NCBI RefSeq assembly: GCF_006345805.1
Contig: NC_043005.1
Span: 43,586,001-43,650,000, forward strand
Length of the DNA stretch: 64,000 bases
Source of the DNA: Octopus sinensis
Taxonomy: Eukaryota
Reading direction: 5' to 3'
Below are positions 1 to 14,385 of this stretch, in pieces (positions within the stretch are counted from its first letter, which is position 1; the number at the start of each line of letters is the position of its first letter). The notes beneath the pieces were generated by a model. The model searched no databases. It was given only the letters and a program-made list of their open reading frames with translations, and was not told the origin of the DNA. Both the position numbers and the translations under genes were made by a program.

Positions 1-532
1 AAAAACATCGACCCCAGTGCTTATTTTTATCTTTTTTTAAAGCCTGGTACTTATTCTATCATGACCTTTTGATGAACTGCTAAGTTATGGGGATGTAAAC
101 ACACCAACGCCAATTGTCAATTGGCAGATGGGGAAGGGGGCCAAACACAGACACAAAGACACATACACATAGATATACACACACACAAACACATATATAC
201 ATACGACGGTCTTCTTTCAGCTTCCGTCTACCAAATCCACTCACAAGGCTTTGGTCAGCCCAAGGCTATAGTAGAAGACACTTTCCCAAGGTACCATGCA
301 GTAGGACTGAACCTGGAACCATGTGGTTGGGAAGCAACCTTTTTACCTCACATCTACATTATGTTCAAAGAATTTTTGAATTAGTGATTGAAGATGTATA
401 TGTGGGGAAAATTACAAGAAAGAATGTCTCCAGTAAAAGCTTTCAGATGGTAATACGAGGATCAACAAAAGACAACATATAAATGTTAATATTGATGTAT
501 TCTAAGGCGCCGAGCTGGCAGAACCATTATTT

Positions 533-764
533 AGGGCGGCGAGCTGGCAGAAACGTTAGCACGTCGGGCGAAATGCTTAGCAGTATTTAGTCTGCTGCTA
601 CGTTCTGAGTTCAAATTCCGCCGAGGTCGACTTTGCCTTCATTCTTTCGGGGTCAATTAAATAAGTACCAGTTACGCACTGGGGTCGATATAATCGACAT
701 AATCCGTTTGTCTGTCCTTGTTTGTCCCCTCTATGTTTAGCCCCTTGTGGGCAATAAAGAAATA
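533..764 (+). mobile_element. Young tRNA-derived SINE (GGCGAGCTGGCAGAA family) nested in an older copy of the same family
   Basis: tRNA-like head with B-box-like GAGTTCAAATTCC and central GCCTTCATTCTTTCGGGGTC...AAGTACCAG. Flanked by the 13-bp direct repeat AGAACCATTATTT (520-532, 765-777). Related copies lie near 12875, 13170, 14475, 15270(-), 20400, 26460, 27895(-) and 45925. Confidence 0.85.
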
Positions 765-1229
765 AGAACCATTATTTCATCCAACTCTATGTCTTGAGTT
801 TAAACACCACCAGGGTTGTCTTTGCTTTTCACTCCTTTGGGTCAATAAAATGAGTACCAGTTGAGAACTGGGGCTAATGTAATCAACTTACCCTTTCGTC
901 CGAAATTACTGGCCTTGAAATCAATACTGAAACATCCTTGCGCTTTGTTGAAGCAGCTAAATGTACACACTGATTGAGAAAATTCCATGCTGGGAGCAAC
1001 TTCTTTGAAAGTATCCATAAATTGGACTTTTAGAAAGAAAGGTGATAGTAGGAACGACCTCAGGTTGACAGCAAGGTCTCTTAGATCCAGTTGCACTCTA
1101 AGTTTATTTTAGGTTAAAATTAGGCATCATACAAACGTATGGAATCGAATTCTCAACACCGAGAGACGTCCATGGTTATGATGGTGATGATAACTTCCTT
1201 GTATTGCCCATGATCTTTTCTCTTCCTAT

Positions 1230-1935
1230 TGCTTGGAGGCAGAAGGGGAGGGAAAGGGGTGGAGAAGGAAGGTGGGGAGGAGGAAGAGGAAATTAGAGAT
1301 AGGTGGAGGTGGAGGAGGGAGAAGAGGTAGAGGAAGAAGAGACAGAGGAGGAAGAGGTGGAGAAGGATGAGAAAAAGGTAGAGGAAGAGGTGAAGGAAGA
1401 AGAGGAGAAGGAGAGGAAGGAGAGGAAGAGGAGGAGGTAGAGTGGAGGAGGAGGTGAGGGGAGGAGAAAGAGGTGGAGGAGGAAGGAGAGGTGGAGAAGG
1501 AGAGAGTGGGGAGGAAGAGGGGAGGAGAAAGAGGTGAATGATGAAGGAGTGGTGGAGAAAGAGGAAGAAGAAAGAGAGGTGGAGGAGGAGGAAGAAGAGG
1601 TGGAAGTGGAGGTGGAGGAGGAAGAGGGAGAGGTTGAGAAGGGGGATGTAGAGGTGGAGGAGGAGGGGAGGTCGTGGAAGAGGTGGAGTAGGAAGAAAAG
1701 GAAGAGGAGGAGAGGAAGAGGCAGAAGAGGTAGGGAGGAAGGAGAGGAGGAGGGGAAGAGGCGGAGGGGAAGAGGCGGAGGAGGAGGCAGAAGAGGTGGA
1801 GGAGGAAGAAGAAGAACAAGAGGTGGAGGAAGAGGAGAAAGAAGTGGAGGCGGCAAGAGAGGAGGGGAGGAGGTGGAAGTGGGGTGGAGAGGTGGAAGAA
1901 GAAGAAGAAGAAGAAGAAGAAGAAGACGAAGAAGA
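1230..1935. repeat. GA-rich low-complexity tract ending in (GAA)n
   Basis: GGA/GAA/GAG runs. The overlapping poly-Pro/Glu/Arg ORFs on both strands are compositional. Confidence 0.9.
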
Positions 1936-4900
1936 TATACTTTATATATTATTTTATACGGCTATACTTGAAACCAACTGGTTTAGAAACAAAGCATTAA
2001 AAATTTCTATATTTTCATTTCGTGATATAAATTCTTGTTTTAATGATCTCCCTAGCTTAACTTTTGAAATTTCTAACACTCTTTCTTTACGTTCCCTTGT
2101 TATCTCTTCTTAGTTTTATCATATTATCTACACTTCTGTCTTCACCTCATAATCTGTACTTTCCTTCTCATGTGAGTCTTTTTTCTCATCTTTTAACACC
2201 TTCACCTGTTTTGTCTCTTCCCTCATTCTATGCTTTATCTTCCTTCTACTTTGTAAACATAATATGAAATTTTCTACAATCGAAGCCATAACACTATTCA
2301 GAGAGACAACTCCATCAGAGAGTTTCTAAAATCCTTGTTGTTATTTGATATCAGATGTGGAGATATCTGATATCTGAACTTTTGACCTTTCTAAACCTGT
2401 TGTTCACATTTCAATTCCAGTTGAATGACATAGAGAAAACCGCTCAACAAATCTAAATTCCCTAGCAGGTAACTTGCTCTAAAATCGAACTTAGGTCTTC
2501 TACATAAGGTTCACCTTTGAATTGGCCAGGCATTTTACTTTAGATTTGTAATTGTGTTTATCTTCATTTTCAATGCCCTTCAGCTGACTACTGCTGGTAC
2601 TTAATCAATAGCTCTCCTAACAGAACCAGTGACTGTTAATCACTACAGTTGACTGCACTATTTGTTAAGTGACACGATACACAGAGAAGAACTGATACCC
2701 ACATGGCAAACAGAGCCATCATCATCAGCAGCAAAACAATAGATGATTTATTGCATACCTAGTTACATACATCACTGTGCAGAGCAAGTACATCTTTTAC
2801 AAATACATGTCTTCTTATATGCTTCAACTGCTTTCTCAAACTATATTCAATGAATTCTTACAGATGCAGGGGAATGTCTGGGAAGATCTAGAAGACTATT
2901 ATGGCTTTAGGGAATAATTGCAAAATCGTCATTTACAATTTATTTCGATTTTTTTGTTTTGACTTTCACATTCTTAATTTCTTTTTTTTTTTTACATTGA
3001 AGAATATTTCACTATTTAACAAAACTAATAGGATTTAGGATTTTATTTCTGTACTTAATTCTTTCTCACACTTCTGCTTCTTTTTTTTTTATTCACTCAA
3101 TGAATTTTTTTTTTTAAATATGTAAGAACAACTATTTTTTAATGCTTCCTCTACCTACACACCTAAAGAAATTTAAGCAAGCAAATATAACAATTTATTT
3201 ATTATTTAAGGATCCAAAGTTTGGTATTAGTCTACCATAAATACAGTGTAAGTGCAAGTGAGTTTTTATTCTTACTGCAAAAGTGAAAAGCTCTAAAATA
3301 GAAAGAATAAAGACAAACACACCATAATTAATATTTATTTAATGATGACAAGAATTTTTTGATTATCAAAGTATGAGAATCTGTTGATGCTCATGATTAT
3401 GTGAACACCAGACATCATGTAACTATGATCTTCTATTTGAACAATAATCTTAATTAAACACACAAGAAATATATCAATTGAAATTACATTTATTTTAACA
3501 TAGGTTAAAGCTTATTTTGTTTCATTTATACATGTATTTCTTTTTTATTCTATTCATTTTATATGGCAAACTTTTCTGTCATTTTTAGTGGATAGAAATT
3601 CTGAGCTTCCTTGACAGTTTCTCTTCCCATACTGTCTATAATATGAAAACAGACAAGTTATATTTCTTCAGATGTATTTTCATCAATTTCTTTTTTGACC
3701 ATAGAGCTCTCCTAAAAGATAGTCATCTATTTTTGTTATATCTATTTATTTTGCCAAAGTTTCATGACTACCAGACATATTTTTATTCAACCAAAAATAT
3801 ATAAAATTGGAAAATGGAATTTATTATTGAATTCCAATAAAAATCACTTTGGATCACTGAGAAAATACTGGATATTGTAAAATAAGACACACACACATAT
3901 ACATACACACACAAAAAAAAATCGTTACAAACATAAGAAGAAAGAATTGTTAAAAGTTCTCAACTTGAATCATAGCTATAATGCTTTGGTTGATAGTCAT
4001 TTTATGTTGCATAAAACAGAAGGCAGAACTAACTACTAACTTTGACGGCTATAGTACTTCTCTGATTGCTATCCAAGCATGACTATTTCTGCTTGACTAC
4101 TATGATCTAACAGTAATACAGTTTTAGTGATGATATTTTCAGTATTTTCTGTATCCATTCCAAGGGTGTCATTATGGTGGAACATTAATTGAAAGCAATC
4201 TTTAAATATTGGTCAGTGAAAAAAAAGTAAAAAATAAAAAACTAAAATAATATTGAACATTTATTTTCTTTATTTTTATTTCACCTAAAATTTTATTTCA
4301 TTTTAGTATAGCACAGACAAGATAGTATTCAGAGAGTAGTTTTTAAATAATTTTATATTTTTCCAACTTCTAACCATTATAAGATGAAGTTAAAACAGTA
4401 TTTTGTAAGTCAGTAGACTGATGCAAGCAAATTAAAGTATCTTGCACCAAACATAAGGTATTAGGCATGAGTCTGGAATCTTTAATCATTCAACCTAGAT
4501 TTTGGCTGTGGTTATTATAGGAAATAAAGCTTAGACAGCTCTCACAAACCTTGATCTATATATATATATTCTTTTATTCTTTTACTTGTTTCAGTCATTT
4601 GACTGCGGCCATGCTGGAGCACCACCTTTTAGTCGCACAAATCGACCACAGGACTTATTCTTTGTAAGCCTAATAATTATTCTATTGGCCACTTTTACCG
4701 AATTGCTGAGTTACAGGAACTTAAACACACCAACATTGGTTGTCAAGTGACGTTGGGTGGGGAGACAAATACAGACACACAAAATATATACATATATATG
4801 ACAGGCTTCTTTCATTTTCCATCTACCAAGTCCACTTACAAGGCTTTGGTAGACCCAAGGCTATAGTAGAAGATACTTGCCCAAGGTGCCATGAAGGGGC

Positions 4901-5246
4901 TCTGAACTTGGATTGATGTGGTTGGGAAGCAAGCTACTTTTATTCATTTCATTTGCCATAGAGGTAGTACAAAGATGAGTAGCTTTGCAGACTGGACAAG
5001 ACATTAATGAGGCGAATGATAATGATACAAGATGATAAGGATGGGAGAAGACAGAAAGCACCCACCGACCCTCTGCTACTCTATAACATCGTTCTTTTAA
5101 TAAAACACATATTGAGGTAATAACTCTCTTACAATTTACAATGTTTTATAATTTCTTTGGACTAACAGGTCCATTACCATTAAAAAAACAATTAGACACA
5201 TATTGAAGTCACGTCCCCGATTAATTCTCTTGCAGCCTGCAGTCAT

Positions 5247-5598
5247 CTTACCACACAGCCACACCTGCACCTAAAACACTTACCACACAGCCACACCTGC
5301 ACCTAAAACACTTACCACACAGCCACACCTGTACCTAAAACACTTACCACACAGCCACACCTGCACCTAAAATACTTATCACACAGCCACACCTGCACCT
5401 AAAACACTTACCACACAGCCACACCTGCACCTAAAACACTTACCACACAGCCACACCTGTACCTAAAACACTTACCACACAGCCACACCTGCACCTAAAA
5501 CACTTACCACACAGCCACACCTGTACCTAAAACACTTACCACACAGCCACACCTGCACCTAAAACACATACCACACAGCTACATCTGCACCTAAAACA
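5247..5598. repeat. 32-bp minisatellite, 11 copies, derived from a SINE 5' end
   Basis: Unit CTTACCACACAGCCACACCTGCACCTAAAACA with period 32 (5311, 5343, 5375 ... 5567). Its reverse complement matches the SINE head AGGTGCAGGTGTGGCTGTGTGGTAAG at ~5980. Confidence 0.95.
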
Positions 5599-6159
5599 CT
5601 ATTTGATCTCCAATTTAATGTGGAGGTTGTGTTAGAAAACAGAATTCTGCACTATATATCTTGGGAGGATTTCTAATAAAGACTTGTGGTGAATAAAAGA
5701 AGTTTTAGTCAAATGAATTGACCCCAGAACTTATTTTATAAAGCCTGATACTTATTTTGTCGGTCTCTTTTGCCAAACCACTAAGTAACAGGGGACATAA
5801 ACACACCAACAAAAGTTCTCAAGTGGTGGTGCTGGGGGGGGGGAGGACAAACGGAGACACAAACACATACATATATGTGTGTGTGTTTTGTGTCTGTGTT
5901 TGCCCCCCACCCCCAGCATGGCCACAGTCCAATGGCTGAAACAAGTAAGAGATAAAAGATAAAAGGTATTTGTATACATAGGTGCAGGTGTGGCTGTGTG
6001 GTAAGAAGCTTGCTTCCTAACCACATGGTTCCGGGTTCAGTCCCACTGCATGGCACCTTGGGCAAGTGTCTTCTACTCTAGCCTAGGGAGTAGATTTGGT
6101 AGACGGAAACTAAAAAAAGCCTGTAATATATATATGTATATATATATATACATATATAC

Positions 6160-6203
<44 letters not shown>

Positions 6204-6548
6204 AATGTATATGCATATGTTTGAGTGTCTGTGTTTGTTCCCACACCATCGCCTGACAACCGATGTTGGCGTGTTTACGTCTCATATGTTAGTGGTTCAG
6301 CAAAAAAGGCTGATAGAATAAGTACTAGGTTTACAAAGAATTAGTCTTGGGGTTGATTTGTTCGACTAAAGGTGGTGCTCCAGCATGGCCACAGTCAAAT
6401 GACTGAAACAAATAAAAGAATAAAAAAATAAAAGCATGTACCTATCTATCTTTCTATTTATATTTTTATCTATTTATACATCTATATCTATCTATCTATA
6501 TATACATGTGTGTGCGTATGCATTTATATATGTGTGTATGTATATATG

Positions 6549-6608
<60 letters not shown>

Positions 6609-6869
6609 CATATATATATACATATATATATACATATATAATAGAAATATTAAAATTACTAAGTCTCTCTAAAAGAGATTACGGCAGCGTTACTGGAAAT
6701 TAATAGTTATCGCCATACTAATATGGCAATCTTATAAATATAAGACTAAAGCTGTCGCTGATTAGCTCCAAGAGGCCACCGCCTCAAGCTAGCTATTTGA
6801 CACACAATCTGCGTCCATTATAAACTTTCGAACAGGGGAGGTCAGCCGCTTCATCCTGCCAGTCAGACA

Positions 6870-6912
6870 GCTGCAGATGCGTTTCAGGGTAGTTGCCCTT
6901 TATCAATGCAGC
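6870..6912 (-). ncRNA. Second hammerhead-like motif on the opposite strand
   Basis: The minus strand reads GCTGCA-TTGATAA-AGGGCAACTACCCT-GAAA-CGCATC-TGCAGC. It differs from the + copy only in helix III. Confidence 0.6.
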
Positions 6913-7002
6913 GTAGTAGAGACCCAGCAGGTGTTGCTACTGACTGTCCCTGTTCGAAGAATCTATTTAGAGTCAGTAGCGACACCTGCTGGATCTGACT
7001 AC

Positions 7003-7045
7003 GCTGCATTGATAAAGGGCAACTACCCTGAAATGCGTCTGCAGC
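7003..7045 (+). ncRNA. Type I hammerhead ribozyme-like motif (U3-A8 core variant)
   Basis: GCTGCA-TTGATAA-AGGG(CAACTA)CCCT-GAAA-TGCG-TC|TGCAGC gives a 6-bp helix I, a 4-bp helix II, GAAA, a near-palindromic helix III and a GUC cleavage triplet. Confidence 0.7.
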
Positions 7046-7111
7046 TGTCTGACTGGCAGGATGAAGCAGCATATATATATATAATATAATATATATATAT
7101 ATATATATATA

Positions 7112-7882
<771 letters not shown>

Positions 7883-8619
7883 AACATCAGATTCTCAAAA
7901 AATATAAGTAATGAGGTTGATGCTTTCGACTAAACCATTCAAATCCGTGTTCCATCTTGGCTGCTGTCCAATGACTGAAACATGTAAGAAAGTAAAATAT
8001 TAAATAAGCAGTTTGTATCCATATCTTCAACCTCACTCCTATATTTTCAATTATTGAACTCTACAAAGGAAAACCTCAAACTGGCACTCCATTCATTAAT
8101 TATGATGATGAGGCTTCCAGTTGATTAGATCAAAGCAACAGCCTGCTCATGAAATTAAAGTGCGAGTGGCTGAGTACCCCACAGATGCATATCTTTGACA
8201 TTAGTTCTCAAGGAGATTCAGTATGATGCAAGTGAATAAATTGATACAACAATTATTGTAGAGGTTGCAAGAAGCAACGAAAATTTTAGGAAAAATAAAT
8301 AAGTGGAAATCAAACCGGTGAGTGTGTTAATTAATAAGGCATTAAAACAGAATGACTCTCCCCAGACTCAATAAATGTATAACGTAATTTTCAAAGGAAA
8401 AAATAAGACTTACAGAGGCAATTTGTCTTTTACTTTACTTTAAATACAAAAACGGAAGTCCATTGGTTATGATGATGATTGTTTTGGTTGTTACGATCAA
8501 CAGAACAGCCTGGTCATGATATTAAAGTGCAAGTGGCTGAGCACTCCCTGGACAGGCATACCCTTAATGCAATACTTATTTCACAGGTTGTGAAGCAGTG
8601 ACGGGGAACAAATACAAAT

Positions 8620-8651
8620 ACAAAGTTATATACACACACAGACAGACACAC

Positions 8652-8717
<66 letters not shown>

Positions 8718-8897
8718 GTAGATAGATAAATAGATAGGTAGATAAATAGATAGATAGACACACAGACAGAGATAAATAGATAGATAGATAGGTATATATG
8801 TAGGTAGGTAGGTAGAAGTAGATAGATAGATAGGTAGGTAGGTAGGTATGTACATACGTAAGTACATGGGTAGATAGATATATATATATATATATAT

Positions 8898-8970
<73 letters not shown>

Positions 8971-9105
8971 CAGATAGATAGATAGATAGATAGATAGATA
9001 TTTAGATAGATAGATAGATAGGAAGGTATGTAGGTAGGTAGGTGGTAGATAGATATATAGATACATAAATAGGTAGGTAAGTACGTATGTAGGTATATAG
9101 GTAAG

Positions 9106-9158
<53 letters not shown>

Positions 9159-9400
9159 TGATAGGTAGGTAGGTAGGTAGGTAGATAGATAGATAGATAG
9201 ACAGATAGACAGATAGATAGACAGATAGATAAATAAACATATAGATGGGTAGACAGACATAAATCGATACATAGATACATGCAACATATGCACACACAAC
9301 ACACACACACATACACACACATAGACACACACATACACACTCACACGAGCACACACACACATACACACTCACACGAGCACACACACACATACACACACAT
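8620..9400. repeat. Compound (GATA)n/(GGTA)n/(CA)n microsatellite
   Basis: Direct inspection. It explains the IYLS-repeat ORFs. Confidence 0.95.
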
Positions 9401-10707
9401 ACATATTGCTTCTTTTTGTTTCTATCTTCCAAACTGATTCACAAGGATTTAGTCAGCCTGGGGTTATAGTAGAAGACACTTGCCAAAGGTGCTATGCAGT
9501 GAGATTGAACCTGGAACCAGGTGTTTGGGAAGTAAACCATTTTACATCACAGTTGGATAAATTTTTAAATATTTGGCAATTATAGTTGAACATAACACAG
9601 AGACAACTTAACTAAACCTTTGCCAGTTTAATTTAATGACATATCACACTTTGAACCTCAAGGGACAAAATCAATTTAGCCCGATGTCTATTCATTTATT
9701 TAAGTCATAGCAGCCGCCATTTTCCCAGACTAGTAAATTAGAATAGTCACAATTAAATATCTTCGCTAAAGAATTATTTTGTTGTGAGATTTGAACCCGT
9801 AAACTCTTGATAGTTTCAGAATACAAATTGAGTTTCAGATAAAATCAAAATTTTTACTGTGGGTTTGAAAACTAAAAGAAGTAATTACAAGTTCTGTTAA
9901 AACTATTATTTATAACAATGTCGTTTCTTAATGTGTGTCCGCTTATACTTTAAACTTATAGTGTTTGGTGTTTGTGTTGGAACCGAAATGTTCAGAACAA
10001 ACATTAAGGAAAAGATGTTAGCTAAAAATATTGTTATTTTGTGATATTATACAAGATTTATTGCATGCTGCATCATCTTGTCTTTCAGTAAGTTTGCATG
10101 CAATTTAGTCAAACTAGCTTGCTTCTTCACACTTGAAAAAATCTGACTTTACCAAGACAAGGCTGTTGACAAACTGCCAAAAGCAAATATATCTAAACTG
10201 TTTAGTTCACTCTTTCCTTTGAATAACTAAACCATCTTTTATAATCTAAAAGAATTGTTCAAACAACATGATAGAAAGAAGAGTTATTGGTCAGCTGCTC
10301 ATAAGCGATAAAGATTGACTGAAAATTTCCCTGTCATTTCTTATCTCATCTCATTTTCTGACTATTGCCAATATTAAGTTGATAGTCTTGTGAACTGATC
10401 CCTTCAGTTGGCATCAAATATTATTGGTCAGCTCTCGATGTTTCTCTCTACCAATGAATGGATTAACTCATATGCATCAAGGCTTTTTAACAATGTATTT
10501 CTTACTATTGTGACCAATATAGTCTGCAAACCTGAATGACTATAATTCTCTATCAATCAATAATTCTAGTTTGGCAAATACAACTATATATTAGACTTCT
10601 ATTTTGATGTACATCTGCAATATAATCTGCAGGGTTTGTTCATGAGAGAAGAAGAAAAATGAATAAAAGGTCTCTCATAATTACTGAGAAGAAATACACT
10701 AATACTT

Positions 10708-10742
<35 letters not shown>

Positions 10743-13548
10743 TATCGTCGTCGTTGTCGTTGTCATTGTCATCATCATCATCATCATCATAACTAAACTG
10801 AATTTATCATTAAAAGTTCAACCAACTCTATGCTAACATGGGTTGGATAGGTTTATGAAACAGAGTCTCTGCATTTACCACTGTATTTTTTTTTTTTGTT
10901 CTTTCTCAAAAAATACAAACTTCTAAATTCTTCTCTACTTACCCCAGGGTTAATTTTACTCATTCTAGTCCATAGACTGTTTAGTTGTTTAGAATTGGTG
11001 TTCAGCTTCACATGACATATTTCTCATCACAAACTAGTAATGGAGCCCCTACATACAGCTGTTTGACCTGTCAGAAGCAGTAACCAAATGCTACTCATAT
11101 TGCTTTCAAATTTTGGCACAAGGTCAGCATGTTTCGGGGAGGGGATATGTCGATTACATAAACCCCAGCGCTTGACTAGTACCTATTTCATTGACCCCCG
11201 AAAGGATGAAAGGCAAAGTCAACCTCAGTGAGATTTGAACTCAGAACATAAAGAAGGATTTTGCTCAGCATGCTAACAATTCTGCCAGATGGCTACCTTT
11301 TAAATGCTAGTCATATTACATGCTATCATCTAGGACAGTCAAAACTGTAGTCCAGGATATAAAAGAGGATGGGAGGGCTATTGTTGGTATGCTTTTGATC
11401 TGATCATAGATCTGTTTGATCAAATATGACCTGGGGTTAAAGAGTAATCATGATGATTATTGCAATAAAGTGGCTACTGCAGGAATCAAGATGATTCACG
11501 TGATGTCCACTTTATACAATATGATTTGTCTGTCAACTTCAAATTTAGATCTGCAGTTCCAAAGCTGAAAAATACCAAATTTTCTCTCCAGAAAACACAA
11601 GTGAAATTTTTTAACCATCTTCCTCCCTTACCACTGCCAACCACATCTGTGGAAGACAAAAGAATTTTGCCTCATCATCATCATTACATCATAATCATCA
11701 TTGTTTAGCGTTTTCCATGCTGGCATGGGTTGGCTGGCTTGATAGGAGCTGGTCAGTCAGGGAAATGTCCAGACACCAAATTGCCTGTTGTGGCATGGTT
11801 TCTACAGCTGGATGCCTTTCTTAATGCCAATCACTTTACAGAGTGTGCAGGTGCTTTTGTAAGTGCCAGCATGAGTGCATTTTACATGGCACCAGCACTT
11901 GTAAAGGACAAGCCTGTACGTATGGGTGACAACAATTTTATTTGGCATATGATTTTCCTTTCTTTCACTTTTAAAAAGTTTGAAACCATCTGGATATTAT
12001 CAAACATGGCAATTGTGTGCTTTCTTTTCAATTGTCAGCTTCCACTGTTATGGACACCTACCATTTTCCTTCTCATGAGAGATGGTGGTCGAGTCAACAT
12101 TTGGTCATAGAAAAATCTGATTTTTCAAAAGTCTTATGACACTGTGAAAGACACAAAGAATTTGAGAATTTAAAATTCACTTTACATTTCAATATTGAAA
12201 AATGATAATTCAAATAAGTTGTTCTAATACAACATCATCATCATTGTTCCATACTGGCATGGGTTTGACAGGATCTAATGTGTCCAAGAACTGCATCCAG
12301 CACCAGTGTCTGCTTTGACATGGTTGCTATGGCCAGATGCCCTTTATAATGCCAACCACTTTACAGTGTGGACTGGGTACTTTATTTTTTTTTCTCCTGT
12401 TCCCTCCACTGTGGAGGTCACCATGAAGTTTGCAGGACTATGAGCCCTGGGGAGAAATGGTGGGGTGTGGTCAACTTCATATTAAGGTACAAGGTGGGGA
12501 TTATTATGGGAGTGGGGAGCAGAGCTGGTTCCCGCAGAGAGATCTGCATGGCTACTCACAAAATGTAGGGGAAAATGGGAACGATAAAAAGTGGAAGAGA
12601 AAATGATCAGATGGAGCTGTAAAACATAGATAATGGTGATAAAGAAATATATTCTACAGATATATAACTGTCTAACTAATTATGAAAATATCACAAGGTA
12701 TTGTTGTTTAACTCCAGGTCAACACTAATTGTGCAAATTTATGATCAAAGTTTTTCTAGCTGTGACCTTCCAATTTTTTTCTTGGGGCAAATTGTAATCC
12801 AATATCTCCAAGTGGCTGAGAAATATTGATTTTTATTTTTTTTACAAATAATATTTCTGTAACTTCTAAAACGTTTTGAGCTGGCAGAATTCAATAACAC
12901 ATCAGGCAAAACGCTTAGTGACATTTTGTCTGTCTTTACATTCTGAGTTCAAATTCTGCAGAGGTCAACTTTACCTTCCTTTCTTCCTTTGGGGTAGGGG
13001 TCAATAAAATAAGTACTAGTCGAGCACTGGGATCGATGTAATCAGCTTACCCACTCCTTCAAAATTGCTGGCTTTGTGTCAAATTTTGAAACCAATATTT
13101 TTGTAAGGTCTGGTATTTATTTCTCACATTTATAGCCCATAGGGTTAAGTATTCTACTTATAAGTTCTAAAGCAGCGAGCTGGCCGAATCGATAGCACAT
13201 CAGGCAAAATGCTTAGCAGCGTTTTTGTCTGTCTTTACATTCTGTGTTCAAATTCTGTCAAGGTTAACTTTACCTTTCATCCTTTTGCGGTTGATAAAAT
13301 AAATATCAGTTGAGCACTAGGGTTGATGTAATCGACTTAACTCTCCACCCCAAATTGCTGGCCTTGTGTCAGATTTTGAAACCAATATTTCTGTAAGGTT
13401 TGGTATTATTCAGCACATCTGTTGCTCATAGAGTTAAGTGCTCTGCCTATAAACACAATAAAATATTTGAATGCTAGATTTATTCTTACACAGTTATCAT
13501 TAAAACAGTAGAATGTAGGGTAACACTTCTAAGCATTGATTTGCATAA

Positions 13549-14385
13549 ATACAAGCTTGTTACCATTTCAAATCTGCTTGAGGTATATTTGAACTCATAA
13601 GAAAGTCATTCAGTGTATTTTGTCACTGAGAAACTTTTACACTGTAGATAAATATGTGTAAATACACAGAGTCAGCTCACAGTGGAACCTAGCCAGACTG
13701 TGGGAGGCATGCATTTCAGAGTAGTTATCTCTCCTTCAACCACAGAAACCAGAAAGGCAGATACTGCAAATTAACTTAAAACACAGGTCCCTCATATGAT
13801 ATTCCTGTCATTGTTCTATGACTGGTTGAGCTATTCAGCAGCTAGCCATAAATAAAATATGAGGTGACAGCACTATGCAGTTATGTATGTAAATACAAAC
13901 TAGTTACCAGTTCAAATATGTTTTAGGCATAATAGAACCTCTAAGAAAGCCATTTGCTGTGTTTTGTCGTTGAGAAAATTTCTCACTGTAGACTAATAGG
14001 TATAAATTCCCTGAGTCATCTCACAGTGCCACTAAACCAGATTGGTGAATGCACACATTTCAGTGTGGTTAGCTCCCTTTTAGCCACAGAGCCTGGAAAG
14101 GCAGACTCTATGAATTGACATGAGAGACAGGCCCCTCTTATGATATTCCTATAAGTGTTCAATGACTGGTTGTGCTATTCAGCAGCTAGCTGTAAATAAA
14201 GTAGAGGGTGACAATGCTAAGCAGCAATGTGTACGAATACAAACTTGTTACCAGTTTAAATATGCTTGAGCCATATTCAAACTGGTAAGAAAGCCATTTG
14301 CTGTCTTTTGTCATGGAGAAAATTTCTCACTTTAGACAAATAGGTGTAAATACACACTGTGAGTCAGCTCACAGTGCCACTTAAC
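13549..14385. repeat. Diverged 344-bp tandem repeat (~2.4 copies plus a fragment near 14631-14730)
   Basis: The ATACAA(G/A)CT(T/A)GTTACCA anchor recurs at 13549, 13893 and 14237, and the internal motifs are colinear. Confidence 0.85.

Larger units (their letters stand above)
6845..7070. repeat. Foldback inverted repeat, ~100-bp arms, 27-nt spacer
   Basis: 6845-6944 is the reverse complement of 6972-7070 with few mismatches, mostly CpG-type transitions. Confidence 0.95.

Noticed and set aside
1226-2113. Long Pro/Ser/Glu/Arg-rich ORFs on both strands
   Set aside because: They are products of a GA-rich low-complexity tract open in several frames, with no splice signals or domain.
5247-5598. 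CRISPR-like periodicity
   Set aside because: There are no unique spacers. It is a pure tandem repeat in eukaryotic DNA.
8514-9432. 268-284 aa ORFs
   Set aside because: Translations of (TATC)n and (TG)n microsatellites.
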